DNA of 64,000 nt from contig CAYVDC010000008.1 in NCBI GenBank assembly GCA_964450735.1, positions 647 to 64,646 on the forward strand, read 5' to 3'. The position numbers and the translations under genes are program-made. Below, one piece after another: positions 39,073 through 48,398 of this stretch. Below the pieces are notes generated by a model that was not told the origin of the DNA, did not search any database, and saw only the letters and a list, made by a program, of their open reading frames with translations. This DNA comes from an uncultured Candidatus Saccharibacteria bacterium (GTDB lineage: Bacteria > Patescibacteriota > Minisyncoccia > Phycocordibacterales > UBA9973). Position 1 is the stretch's first letter; every line of letters begins with the position of its first letter.

Positions 39073-40197
39073 TTATTTCTGGCAGGCTATCATGTAGTCT
39101 GTCAGTTCTTTTGGTTCGAGTTCTCTTGAAATGTATAAATTGAAAAAGTTAAGAATACTTACCTTTTTTTGCTGCTGAGTGGGTGTTATTTTTAATTTTC
39201 CAACACCACGTAATCCATCAGAGAGGTAAATCGGATTTTCAAAAATATCTATCTCGTACAGCAGGCCTTCGTAATCAAAGGAATAGCGGGTTTTATAGAT
39301 AACTTTCAAGTCGTGATTTAATTCTTTACGAAGACGTTCATATTCTTCATGAGTAATTATTTTTTCGACTTGTGTATAGTCATCAACGCCGGTTTGGCGT
39401 TCTCTGGTATAGAAGAATGTTTCAGTACCATTATGCACTTTGCGGCGAATCCTGCGCGGTTTGTGAGCTGAGGCAACGGTATCTAAATAGATCTGTTCAA
39501 CATGAACTGCCGAGTAGCTAATGTTTAACTGCTCAAGCATGCGTATGTCGAATGATTTAAGATAGAACCGCTTTGCAAGGTTGTCCGATAAAGGCACCGG
39601 TAGTTGAAACGAAAGACAAAAGTTTTGATAGCCGCTGAACAACTTTTGTGAAAACGTTCCCCCATTGTTTGAGGTAACTTTTACATTCGGATGGGGTTGA
39701 TACGCCGCAAAGGTACGGTCGCAGGTGGCGATTGCACCAGGCAAGTCCTCATAACGCACAGCGTTATTTTGTTTGCCATAAAATCCAGGCGCTCCTTTAG
39801 CTGCAGTTTCCAAATACAGAATTGCATCGTACCGAGCACATAGATCCTCTATGGTCATGCCAAACTCAGCAATAAGCTGTAAAAATTCCTCAGTCGTTAT
39901 ATATCCACCACCATCAAACAGAGTCCTGTCGAAGATAATGAATATCGGGCCATCATAGCTGTCTGCTTCTGCTTGTTCGAGTGCATGCCGCTCAAGTTCA
40001 AGTATTTTTTTGAATACAAGAATTTGGAATGCCACTGAACCCGGGGTTGCACCTCCTGCTATGAGGATGCTTGCCGCTTCAGGGACAAAGTACGCTCTAT
40101 AGCCTGCATCTGTCAGTTGATTTACCAAATAACCGCCTAAAATACTTTTTCCTGCTCCAGGACCTCCGCCAATGCCAGCTGTGTATATTATTTTCAT
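39073..40197 (-). CDS. P-loop NTPase/kinase-like (AAA_28, NadR-RNK-like) domain fused to C-terminal CYTH-like domain
   Basis: N-terminus IIYTAGIGGGPGAGKS Walker A; C-terminal RRIRRKVHNGTETFFYTRER..VIYKTRYSFDYEGLLYEIDIFENP follows CYTH beta-barrel pattern. Confidence 0.55.
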   Translation of the reverse strand: MKIIYTAGIGGGPGAGKSILGGYLVNQLTDAGYRAYFVPEAASILIAGGATPGSVAFQILVFKKILELERHALEQAEADSYDGPIFIIFDRTLFDGGGYITTEEFLQLIAEFGMTIEDLCARYDAILYLETAAKGAPGFYGKQNNAVRYEDLPGAIATCDRTFAAYQPHPNVKVTSNNGGTFSQKLFSGYQNFCLSFQLPVPLSDNLAKRFYLKSFDIRMLEQLNISYSAVHVEQIYLDTVASAHKPRRIRRKVHNGTETFFYTRERQTGVDDYTQVEKIITHEEYERLRKELNHDLKVIYKTRYSFDYEGLLYEIDIFENPIYLSDGLRGVGKLKITPTQQQKKVSILNFFNLYISRELEPKELTDYMIACQK

Positions 40198-40287
40198 AGT
40201 TAAAGGGATTTTGCTTTAGGTAATAAAACACTATTTTGGAAGGTAAGTCAAGAATGCCAGTTTCGAAAAACGTATATACTTAAAGCT

Positions 40288-41067
40288 ATGAAATACGACT
40301 ACATCGATATCCACTCACATATGAATATTTCGCCGCTCGCTGATGACCACGAGCATGCCATGGCGCATCTCCGAGAGCATCGAGTCGGTACAATTACTGT
40401 CGGCGTAGATTACGAAACTTCAAAGTCGGCCATACACCTTGCCGAAGCAGAGGAGCTTTGGGCTACTGTCGGGCTTCATCCGACTGATAATGACAAAGAA
40501 GTCTTTAATTTTGATGCATACAAAGCACTCGCGCAGCATCCAGAAGTGGTCGCAATCGGCGAATGCGGATTGGATTATTTCCGAAACCAGGATCCTGAAA
40601 TGAAAGTAAAACAGGAAGCGCTCTTTCGCCAGCACATCAAACTTGCTCAAGAAGTAGGGAAGCCGCTCATGATTCACGCTCGTCCGAGCAAAGGAACCAT
40701 GGACGCATATGAAGATGTTCTGAATATTTTAGAAAATATTTCTGAAGCCCCCAAAGCAAACTTCCATTTCTTTGTCGGCAATGTAGAGATTGCAAAACGA
40801 ATCCTCGCAATCGGCGGCACAATGTCATTCGACGGACCAATAACATTTACCACTGAGTACGACGAAGTACTCGCGTTCGTGCCGCTCGAATCCATGCACG
40901 CAGAAACAGATGCGCCGTTTGCAGCACCCGCACCATATCGAGGCAAAACATGTGAGCCTTGGATGGTTGTCGAAGTAATAAAAAAAATAGCTTTGATAAA
41001 AGGATTGCCATTAGAAAAAGTTGCTGCGCAATTGCGCGCAAATGCCACTGCGTTTTTCGGCATCTAA
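40288..41067 (+). CDS. TatD-family metal-dependent hydrolase/DNase
   Basis: IDIHSHM N-terminus, GECGLDY, TDAP motifs. Confidence 0.8.
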   Translation: MKYDYIDIHSHMNISPLADDHEHAMAHLREHRVGTITVGVDYETSKSAIHLAEAEELWATVGLHPTDNDKEVFNFDAYKALAQHPEVVAIGECGLDYFRNQDPEMKVKQEALFRQHIKLAQEVGKPLMIHARPSKGTMDAYEDVLNILENISEAPKANFHFFVGNVEIAKRILAIGGTMSFDGPITFTTEYDEVLAFVPLESMHAETDAPFAAPAPYRGKTCEPWMVVEVIKKIALIKGLPLEKVAAQLRANATAFFGI

Positions 41068-41389
41068 TTTACTGGCATACCAATAAGTCATTTGCCACAT
41101 ATGGCACTAAACAGGATAGGCGCGAAGCAGTAGTTCTCCTGGCGCAGTTTACAAGCCAGGAAACTACTGCGGCAGCGCTCTCCCAGGAAATTATTCCATC
41201 CTTTACAAATAAGGTTTTATCTGCTATATTCTTCATATCTCTCGTTTGTCCCGGCAATTGCGCATGGGGCACATCAGTCCACAACGAGCAGACCTGAAGC
41301 TTTAGCCTCAGGCAATCTAATATTACTTTTGTAATGTAGATCAGGCGGGACTGCCTGGTTTTTTTATTAACATAGTAACAATACTATAT

Positions 41390-41866
41390 ATGGCAGAAAC
41401 ACAAGAAAAAGACGGACGCATATACGAACTTGCGTACCTCTACGTTCCACTTCTTACAGAAGAAACAGTTGCGGCTTCATACGGAAACCTCAAGGCACTT
41501 CTCGAAAAGCACGGAGCGCAGTTCATCGGTGAAGAAACACCAAAGATGATCGAGCTCGCATACCAGATGAGCCGAATCATTGAGAACAAGAAAACATGGT
41601 TCGACAACGCTTACTTCGGATGGGTAAAATTCGAAATCGAGCCAACCGAGATTGCTCTCATCGAAGAAGTCTTGAAGCGAGATGAGCAGATCATCCGATA
41701 CATGACTTTGAAGACAGTTCGCGAAAGCACTATGGCTTCAAAGAAGCCAATGCGTGAATACCGAAAGCGCACTGGAGACAAAGTTGAAGGAGGCGAAGAA
41801 GCTCCAGCAGCTCCAATGAACAAGGAAGAAGTAGACAAGCAGATTGACGCTCTCGTCACCGAATAG
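41390..41866 (+). CDS. rpsF: 30S ribosomal protein S6 (with acidic C-terminal extension)
   Basis: YELAYLYVPLLTEE N-terminus; conserved rpsF-ssb-rpsR gene order. Confidence 0.85.
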   Translation: MAETQEKDGRIYELAYLYVPLLTEETVAASYGNLKALLEKHGAQFIGEETPKMIELAYQMSRIIENKKTWFDNAYFGWVKFEIEPTEIALIEEVLKRDEQIIRYMTLKTVRESTMASKKPMREYRKRTGDKVEGGEEAPAAPMNKEEVDKQIDALVTE

Positions 41867-41917
41867 GTATACTGGGAGGGTACTCATAGCTATATCAATT
41901 AAGTAATCAAACAACGT

Positions 41918-42406
41918 ATGTACATCAACAAAGTCACTATTTTAGGAAACCTCACTCGCGATCCAGAAATCCGAGCGCTCCCATCAGGGATCAAGGTAGC
42001 AAGCTTCTCTCTCGCAACGAACCGAACCTGGAAGGACCAGAGCGGCAAGAAGCAGGACGCAACCGAATACCACAACGTGGTTTCATTCGGAAAGCTCGCA
42101 GAATTGATAGCTCAGTATTCAAAGAAAGGAAGCTCACTCTATGTAGAAGGACGCCTTCAGACACGAAGCTGGGATGACAAGGTTAGTGGCGAAAAGAAAT
42201 ACCGAACAGAAATCGTCGTCGAGACATTTCAGTTCGGTCCACGTCCAGCTGCTCCAGGCAGCACAGACGGTTCAGGAACTCGCGTATGGCGCAAGGAAGA
42301 TGATGCAAAGAAACCCGCAGGTGGCGCTCCATCAGAGGAATCTGACGGAATGGACACTATCGAATATCCAAGCGAAGACATCAACGCCGAAGACATACCG
42401 TTTTAA
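41918..42406 (+). CDS. ssb: single-stranded DNA-binding protein
   Basis: OB-fold MYINKVTILGNLTRDPEIR; acidic C-terminal tip ending DIPF. Confidence 0.85.
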   Translation: MYINKVTILGNLTRDPEIRALPSGIKVASFSLATNRTWKDQSGKKQDATEYHNVVSFGKLAELIAQYSKKGSSLYVEGRLQTRSWDDKVSGEKKYRTEIVVETFQFGPRPAAPGSTDGSGTRVWRKEDDAKKPAGGAPSEESDGMDTIEYPSEDINAEDIPF

Positions 42407-42430
42407 TTTATCAGTTCATAGAACGCATCA

Positions 42431-42631
42431 ATGAAACAAGATTATTTCAGCTCAAACAACGTCAAGTATATCGACTACAAAGACACCGATATCTTGAAAA
42501 AGTTCATCAATCCTAACGGCCGTATTTTCTCACGAAAAAAGACAGGCGTTACAATGAAGAACCAGCGCAAGCTCGCGCTCGCAATCAAGCGCTCACGATT
42601 TATGGGACTCCTCCCATTCGTCGCGAAGTAA
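42431..42631 (+). CDS. rpsR: 30S ribosomal protein S18
   Basis: YIDYKDTDILKKFINPNGRI..RKLALAIKRSRFMGLLPF. Confidence 0.85.
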   Translation: MKQDYFSSNNVKYIDYKDTDILKKFINPNGRIFSRKKTGVTMKNQRKLALAIKRSRFMGLLPFVAK

Positions 42632-42649
42632 GACGATAGCAAGATCGCA

Positions 42650-42682
42650 ATAAAAAACCCTCTCATGTGAGAGGGTTTTTTA
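42650..42682 (+). terminator. rho-independent terminator (AAAAACCCTCTCA..TGAGAGGGTTTTT)
   Basis: 13-bp perfect stem after rpsR. Confidence 0.7.
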
Positions 42683-42756
42683 TTTATCAAGAAATCATAT
42701 ATACTTTATATATAAACATAATTGCTTATGTGTATTTACTAGTAATTTTTTATTAT

Positions 42757-43401
42757 ATGGACCCACTTGATACCCAGCCGCAGCCACCTATTACTACAGT
42801 TCCTGTTGAACCGAGTAATGCAAAATGGATCGTTCTCGGAGTCATTGTTATTATTATAGGCATAAGTGGGATTATTTTTGCCCAAAGAAAAAATATGGTA
42901 CATCAAAATTCAGAAAATATTAAAGCCGAAGAGGTTGTTGCCGGTAATCCCGAAAAAGAAGAGTGGGTCGAATATACTCCTGGGGCTGAAGCAATACAGG
43001 AGATACGAAGCGCAGTACACAAGCGAATGGCGGCTTTCCAAAGCAATGACCCTGAGCAGTTTAAAGCTTTCATGAGGGAGGTGATCCTCGCTCATCCACG
43101 CATTCCCCAAGAGGAAAAAGACAAGATTCTTTCCGAACAGGCGGTGGTCTCCAAAGAGGAGGCGGAGTCTCAGGCAAAATTTTGGTCAGCAGGATTGGGT
43201 TCGGCTGAGAAATTAAAAACGCTTCCAGAAAATTTTCTGCTGTCGGAAAAGGAAAAGGTGCTCTATTACAAGAAGAGGGACACACTCAGTCTCGTCCTGT
43301 CTTTTGAAGATGACGACTCTGTTTTGGCTAAACAAGTTTTTATGGAATATGTGAAAACTGGTGATGGAAAGATCGTGATTCTTGATATAAAAACTAACTA
43401 A
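42757..43401 (+). CDS. hypothetical N-terminally membrane-anchored protein
   Basis: start reset to MDPLDTQPQ; TM helix WIVLGVIVIIIGISGIIFA. Confidence 0.45.
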   Translation: MDPLDTQPQPPITTVPVEPSNAKWIVLGVIVIIIGISGIIFAQRKNMVHQNSENIKAEEVVAGNPEKEEWVEYTPGAEAIQEIRSAVHKRMAAFQSNDPEQFKAFMREVILAHPRIPQEEKDKILSEQAVVSKEEAESQAKFWSAGLGSAEKLKTLPENFLLSEKEKVLYYKKRDTLSLVLSFEDDDSVLAKQVFMEYVKTGDGKIVILDIKTN

Positions 43402-43420
43402 ATTAATAGACCCTCACATT

Positions 43421-43891
43421 ATGATTGAAATAACTTTGCCAAGAATCGGTGAAAATGTAACAAGTCAAATAAGAGAGAGTTTTGAGAAGTCAAAAAACGG
43501 GCTAATTGTTGTTTCTAGTAATGACCGAAATTGGAATGACTATATGGTCAATGTGGTTATTTCTGAATTGCGTAACGGAATATCTTCGCTTGAAGATTGG
43601 CATGAGAAAATTGTTTTAGTAAATGAAGACGAAAAGGAAATGTTCCCATGGCTAAAACTGACTGATTTTGCGGATGCTGAATCAGCAGATATAGTATATG
43701 TAGGCAATATTCGCAGCCCAGAATTGACCAAAGATACTTTCGAACTTGCTAAAAAGACTAAAGTAATAGGGTACGCGCTCACATACACGGCCGCTGATTT
43801 TATCAGCCGGGCTCAAGAATTTGGAGCAACAAAAGAAGACATCGATACAAATCTCATTGCTGTAATCCAGCAAGAACGTGACATTGCATGA
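43421..43891 (+). CDS. hypothetical protein
   Basis: 156-aa ORF; stop overlaps next start (ATGA). Confidence 0.4.
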   Translation: MIEITLPRIGENVTSQIRESFEKSKNGLIVVSSNDRNWNDYMVNVVISELRNGISSLEDWHEKIVLVNEDEKEMFPWLKLTDFADAESADIVYVGNIRSPELTKDTFELAKKTKVIGYALTYTAADFISRAQEFGATKEDIDTNLIAVIQQERDIA

Positions 43892-44400
43892 AAAATCTCA
43901 AAAAACATTTTAAATTGATTATTAGACTTTGTTTGCTTCTTATTGCTGTTGTAGCCGTCGCTTTTTTCCGCGGGGATATATTGATGAGAAATAACAGTCC
44001 AGTTGTTTCATCTGATTGGGAAGGAACTTGGATAATGGATCGAGTTTATGATGATTTTAAGTTGCATAATGTGCTTACCATTTCACAAGTAGGTGCAAAT
44101 AGTTTTGAATTTGATCTTGAATATCAGGAAGTGAGTGGCGGATATGAAGGACATCCTTCAGAGGTTGTAACTGGGCACGAGAGCTCTGAGTATTTCCACG
44201 GAGATTTGGAAGTATCTGCCCAAGAGGTGACGATGACCTATCGATTTAATACGGGTGAGAAAAATGTCGTAAGCACGTTTGTGCTTTCAAATGACAAAAA
44301 GTCCATTGTTTTTGATATGGATACTTGTCCAGAAATGCCGAGTTTTACTCCTGATGGATGCAAAGTATTGCAATATACAGGTAGATATATTCGGCAATAA
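43888..44400 (+). CDS. hypothetical secreted/anchored protein
   Basis: N-terminal hydrophobic segment LIIRLCLLLIAVVAVAFF. Confidence 0.4.
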   Translation: MKNLKKHFKLIIRLCLLLIAVVAVAFFRGDILMRNNSPVVSSDWEGTWIMDRVYDDFKLHNVLTISQVGANSFEFDLEYQEVSGGYEGHPSEVVTGHESSEYFHGDLEVSAQEVTMTYRFNTGEKNVVSTFVLSNDKKSIVFDMDTCPEMPSFTPDGCKVLQYTGRYIRQ

Positions 44401-44409
44401 ATAATGAAT

Positions 44410-44446
44410 AAAAAGAGCGGCGCCCGAAGGGCGCCGCTCTTTTGTA
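44410..44446. terminator. bidirectional terminator (AAAAGAGCGGCGCCC..GGGCGCCGCTCTTTT)
   Basis: GC-rich 15-bp stem flanked by A/T runs between convergent genes. Confidence 0.7.
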
Positions 44447-44456
44447 TTGTCTATAA

Positions 44457-45035
44457 TTACACTCGCTCGTAATATTCTCCCGTCTCGGTATTTACTCGGA
44501 TCGTTTCTCCTGCTTCGATAAAGAGGGGAACGTTCACGACTGCGCCGTTTTCGAGCGTTACAGGCTTGTTGCCGCCGCTTGCGGTGTTGCCTTTGATCGC
44601 TGGAGGAGCGTCTTTGATAAGGAAGTCCATTTTGATCGGAAGCTTGATGCCGATAGTCTGTTCTTCTCCGTCGTTATCAAAAATGAGGGCGGTGACAACA
44701 GTGTTGTCTTTGAGGAATTTTACTGAAGTGCCAATAACTTTTTCATCAATCTTGAATCGGTTCTTTGGGTCTTCGATATCGCAGAACCAGAATTCGCCGC
44801 GGTTTGAGTAAAGGAATTTGATCTCGCGCTTTTCGATGTCTGCTTCTTCTACGGTGTCTGAACCCTGGAATGTTTCATTATAAGTTCGTCCGCCAACCAA
44901 GCTCTTGAGTTTGGTCTGGTTCTGCGGCTTGCGCTGCTGAGTGCGGGCTACGTGAGCTTCAAGCACTTCGCATGGTTCGCCGTTATAGACAATGATCTTG
45001 CCTTGTTTAATTTCGTTGTATTCAAGTAATGCCAT
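44457..45035 (-). CDS. efp: elongation factor P
   Basis: N-terminal KOW-like KIIVYNGEPCEVLEAHVARTQQRKP..KLKSL; 192 aa. Confidence 0.85.
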   Translation of the reverse strand: MALLEYNEIKQGKIIVYNGEPCEVLEAHVARTQQRKPQNQTKLKSLVGGRTYNETFQGSDTVEEADIEKREIKFLYSNRGEFWFCDIEDPKNRFKIDEKVIGTSVKFLKDNTVVTALIFDNDGEEQTIGIKLPIKMDFLIKDAPPAIKGNTASGGNKPVTLENGAVVNVPLFIEAGETIRVNTETGEYYERV

Positions 45036-45115
45036 ACTGTATCTCCTGATTATTCCTTGCTAATGCCTTGCATTCTAGCCGAAAAAGGATAAAAAGTCCA
45101 TAAAAAATCCCACTT

Positions 45116-45997
45116 CTACGTAGAAGTGGGTAATTTTGGTAATGATGGATGTTGAGAAGACAGATGGTTAATATCAGGCGCGGCCGAAGCTATCGGTCGA
45201 ATTTCTGTTGCTCGATATATGCATGCTGTAAAGGGAGGAGTGGAACCAATTCGCTCAAGGCTTTTATATGCCAGCTTCTGTTCTGGCCATCCTGTACGGA
45301 ATGTATCCCCGCAGAGGTTTTCCCAGTGAACGAGTGCATGGCCATGTTCTGTGAGCATAATACCGCAGCCGTAAGCTTCGTTCCAAGTTACAATTACGCC
45401 GGTGTTTGCTTCGTGGTTTCGTGGAGTTTTTTCCTGTGGATGCGGAAGTAAAGATGCTTTGATGTCGTTGAGGAAATCTTTTGCCAAAAGGTGCTTTCCG
45501 ATATTTTGATACCAAGATAAGCCTTTTACTACAAATTCTGCTTCCGAATTGATATAAATGTTCCCTGAAGCAATTTTTTGAGTCCGCAAATATAAGATTC
45601 CATGTTGAATTACGACGGACGTTTGCCATACTTCAACTGCTCCTGAGCGCCAATCTATGGCTGACATGCAGATATGGTTGGCTTCATTTTTCGTACAGAG
45701 GGATTTTGTGGTCCCTCCGATAATTTGTATGGATCTCTCAAAGTAGATATGATCCTCGGTCCTGTGTGATTCTTCCAGGGTTCCTATCTTTTGAGCATTG
45801 CCGTTAGTTTCAAAAAAATACGAATATATCTTTTCTGTATGTATCGGAAGTCGTACGATGGGTACCTCAAGCTGTATTTTGATATTCTTCATATCTGTCA
45901 GCATAAGTGGATATTGGCCATCGTTCGGTCCTGCGATTGTTAGTGGTCCTTGCAACATAAAGCTGTGAAATGGCGTCGATATGCGTCTTGATCCCAT
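45116..45997 (-). CDS. hypothetical protein
   Basis: 293-aa ORF followed (minus strand) by perfect 22-nt palindrome CCCACTTCTACGTAGAAGTGGG + T-run terminator at about 45095-45125. Confidence 0.4.
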   Translation of the reverse strand: MGSRRISTPFHSFMLQGPLTIAGPNDGQYPLMLTDMKNIKIQLEVPIVRLPIHTEKIYSYFFETNGNAQKIGTLEESHRTEDHIYFERSIQIIGGTTKSLCTKNEANHICMSAIDWRSGAVEVWQTSVVIQHGILYLRTQKIASGNIYINSEAEFVVKGLSWYQNIGKHLLAKDFLNDIKASLLPHPQEKTPRNHEANTGVIVTWNEAYGCGIMLTEHGHALVHWENLCGDTFRTGWPEQKLAYKSLERIGSTPPFTACIYRATEIRPIASAAPDINHLSSQHPSLPKLPTST

Positions 45998-46099
45998 GAT
46001 TGTAGTATTTATGTCAAAAAATAGGTCTCAAGCGAATAGTACAGAGAGCAGAGGGGAGAGTCAAGCAGTTACTTGACATAGCATGCACATATCATGTAA

Positions 46100-46741
46100 T
46101 TGGAAAAATTTAAAACTATGCAATATTCAGCCTATCGTATTCAAGAGGAATTTTCAGGATTATTTTTATTTTTTAAGAACATAGACCTTGTTTTGAAAAA
46201 ACCCAACTCGGTTAGCGAAGGGCTCGGTTCTATGAATCTGCTTTATGTGTGGCTTATGGTGCTTGATACCAGCGAGTATCCCGTATTGTTTGAAAAGGCA
46301 TTTACGCTTGCATCGTCACGTAGTATTGCACCAAATCAGGCAGATGTTGCTTGCTTTAGAAAAATATGTAAAGACCTTGGATATTTCCTTATAACGGAAC
46401 GTCAACTCACGTTGCAGATAGTTACCTCCACTTTAAATTTAAAGAATAGGTATGATTTGAATGCAAGAGCTATGGAACATTCTCAGGATGGACTTACTTC
46501 GGTGTTCAATGATTTTGATCCAAAGGGTTTGAATTATTTGCAGCAATGGAAAGAACTGCCGATTGTAAAAATGACGCCACTAGAGGTGAGCATATATGCG
46601 AAGTATGTTGCAATTACACGCGATAGAATTCTTCCTCAAATGCTACTTTTTTGGGGAAAGCTTGAGCCGTACTTTAGCAACACAGCATTTTACGAATCGT
46701 TTTTGTTTGAAATAAAAACGATTCCTTTTGAGCAAAATTAG
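46100..46741 (+). CDS. hypothetical protein
   Basis: 213-aa ORF, no recognisable motif. Confidence 0.35.
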   Translation: MEKFKTMQYSAYRIQEEFSGLFLFFKNIDLVLKKPNSVSEGLGSMNLLYVWLMVLDTSEYPVLFEKAFTLASSRSIAPNQADVACFRKICKDLGYFLITERQLTLQIVTSTLNLKNRYDLNARAMEHSQDGLTSVFNDFDPKGLNYLQQWKELPIVKMTPLEVSIYAKYVAITRDRILPQMLLFWGKLEPYFSNTAFYESFLFEIKTIPFEQN

Positions 46742-46774
46742 TTTCAAAAAACAAACAGATGGAATATACAAAAA

Positions 46775-46812
46775 CGCCCGAAGGTCAACTTCGAGCGTTT
46801 TTTTCTTGGTTA
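46775..46812. terminator. bidirectional hairpin terminator between convergent hypothetical gene and recA
   Basis: ACGCCCGAAGG..CTTCGAGCGT stem with T-run on + and A-run on -. Confidence 0.5.
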
Positions 46813-47856
46813 TTCTCCAGCGCTTGCAACCTGGATTTCTCCGAATCGCGCGCGGATTTCTTTTTCGAATTCTTTGACGACTTTAGGATTTTCTTTGAGC
46901 CAAGTACGAGTTGCGTCGTAGCCGCGACCCATAGGGATCTTTTCGCCTTCTTTGTTTTTGTATGAGTATGATGAGCCGGATTTCTCAACGATGCCGAGCT
47001 TTTCTCCGAGAGCCATCATTTCGCCTTCACGTGAGATACCTTCGCCATAGATGATGTCGAACTCAGTCTGTTTGAATGGGGCAGCCACTTTGTTTTTGAC
47101 TACTTTGACTCGAGTTCGTCCTCCAACTACTTCTTCGCCTTTTTTGATCTGGGCGATGCGACGGATGTCGAGACGGACTGAACAGTAGAATTTGAGAGCT
47201 TTTCCTCCTGGTGTTGTCTCAGGGTTGCCGAACATGACACCGATCTGCATGCGGATCTGGTTGATGAAGATAACAGTTGTCTTGGAACGAGCAACGATAG
47301 CTGTAAGTTTACGGAGAGCTTGTGACATGAGACGAGCTTGTTTGCCCATGTGCTGCTGGCCCATATCGCCTTCGATTTCGTCTTTTGGAGTGAGGGCTGC
47401 TACAGAGTCGATAACAATAACATCGATCTTGCCTGAGCGGACTAATGATTCGCAGATCTCAAGACCTTGTTCTCCTGTGTCTGGCTGAGCAATGAGGAGT
47501 TCGTTGATGTTTACACCAAGGTTGCCTGCGTATACAGGGTCCATTGCGTGTTCTGCGTCGATATATGCGCAAACACCGCCCGTCTTTTGAGCTTCAGCGA
47601 CAATATGAAGAGCAAGAGTTGTCTTACCTGAAGATTCTGGTCCAAAGATTTCAATAATTCGTCCTCGTGGAACTCCGCCTACACCAAGTGCCATATCGAG
47701 TCCGAGGGAACCAGTAGGGATGACGTTGATGTCCACTTTTGGAGCATCACCAAGTTTCATGATCGCGCCTTCGCCGAACTTGGTTTGAATTGACTTGATA
47801 GTCGCTTCGATTTCTCCGCCCATCTGTTTCTTTTCTTTTTCTTTCTTTTTAATCAT
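46810..47856 (-). CDS. recA: recombinase RecA
   Basis: [18 protein letters not shown] Walker A, overall RecA layout; 348 aa. Confidence 0.9.
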   Translation of the reverse strand: MIKKKEKEKKQMGGEIEATIKSIQTKFGEGAIMKLGDAPKVDINVIPTGSLGLDMALGVGGVPRGRIIEIFGPESSGKTTLALHIVAEAQKTGGVCAYIDAEHAMDPVYAGNLGVNINELLIAQPDTGEQGLEICESLVRSGKIDVIVIDSVAALTPKDEIEGDMGQQHMGKQARLMSQALRKLTAIVARSKTTVIFINQIRMQIGVMFGNPETTPGGKALKFYCSVRLDIRRIAQIKKGEEVVGGRTRVKVVKNKVAAPFKQTEFDIIYGEGISREGEMMALGEKLGIVEKSGSSYSYKNKEGEKIPMGRGYDATRTWLKENPKVVKEFEKEIRARFGEIQVASAGE

Positions 47857-47874
47857 AGCGGTTTAAAAAATATT

Positions 47875-48285
47875 CTAGTTGATAATTGAGGTAAGTTCAG
47901 AAGATTCCGGTGGTGGAGGCAGGTTTACCGCAGTGCGTGATGTTGCAGTGTGGTATGTATACAATGTTTCGCTTTTTGTTTTTCCAAATGAGTTGGTTGA
48001 GGAAACAGTGATGACATTCAGGCCGGGGAGAAGTGCAATTGATTCTGAGAAGGATCCTGATGCATCCATGAGAGCCGTTCGTCCGTTGATGGTAACTTCT
48101 TTGGCATGTTCTCCGACACCGGAGAGATTGAGAATAGGAGATGCCGTGCTGTGTTCAATCGGACTTACAGTTAAATGAGACCCGAAAATGAGATTGCGTC
48201 CTTGATATAAACCAAAGGAAACAAGCACTATCAGAAATGCTAATCCACCTCCGATTGTAAGTATTTTTTTTAAATCTTCTCGCAT
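47875..48285 (-). CDS. hypothetical N-terminally membrane-anchored protein
   Basis: TM helix ILTIGGGLAFLIVLVSFGLY. Confidence 0.4.
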   Translation of the reverse strand: MREDLKKILTIGGGLAFLIVLVSFGLYQGRNLIFGSHLTVSPIEHSTASPILNLSGVGEHAKEVTINGRTALMDASGSFSESIALLPGLNVITVSSTNSFGKTKSETLYTYHTATSRTAVNLPPPPESSELTSIIN

Positions 48286-48398
48286 ATTCTCATGTTTCGC
48301 CTCCTAAGAGACATGTCTATTATCTCACTTTTTTAACTACAAAGCCACTTGTGGATATCTTAAAATCTGTCCTTTTGGGAGCCTGTATGGAGGCTAGA

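Noticed and set aside
41090-41180. interpretation of the intergenic hairpin as SRP (4.5S) RNA
   Set aside because: It contains GAAGCAG, but the apical loop is not a GNRA tetraloop and the symmetric-loop motifs do not fit. Kept only as an unnamed structured element.
45101-45122. perfect 22-nt palindrome CCCACTTCTACGTAGAAGTGGG
   Set aside because: With its flanking A and T runs it is most simply an intrinsic terminator for the minus-strand gene ending at 45116, not a regulatory or recombination site.
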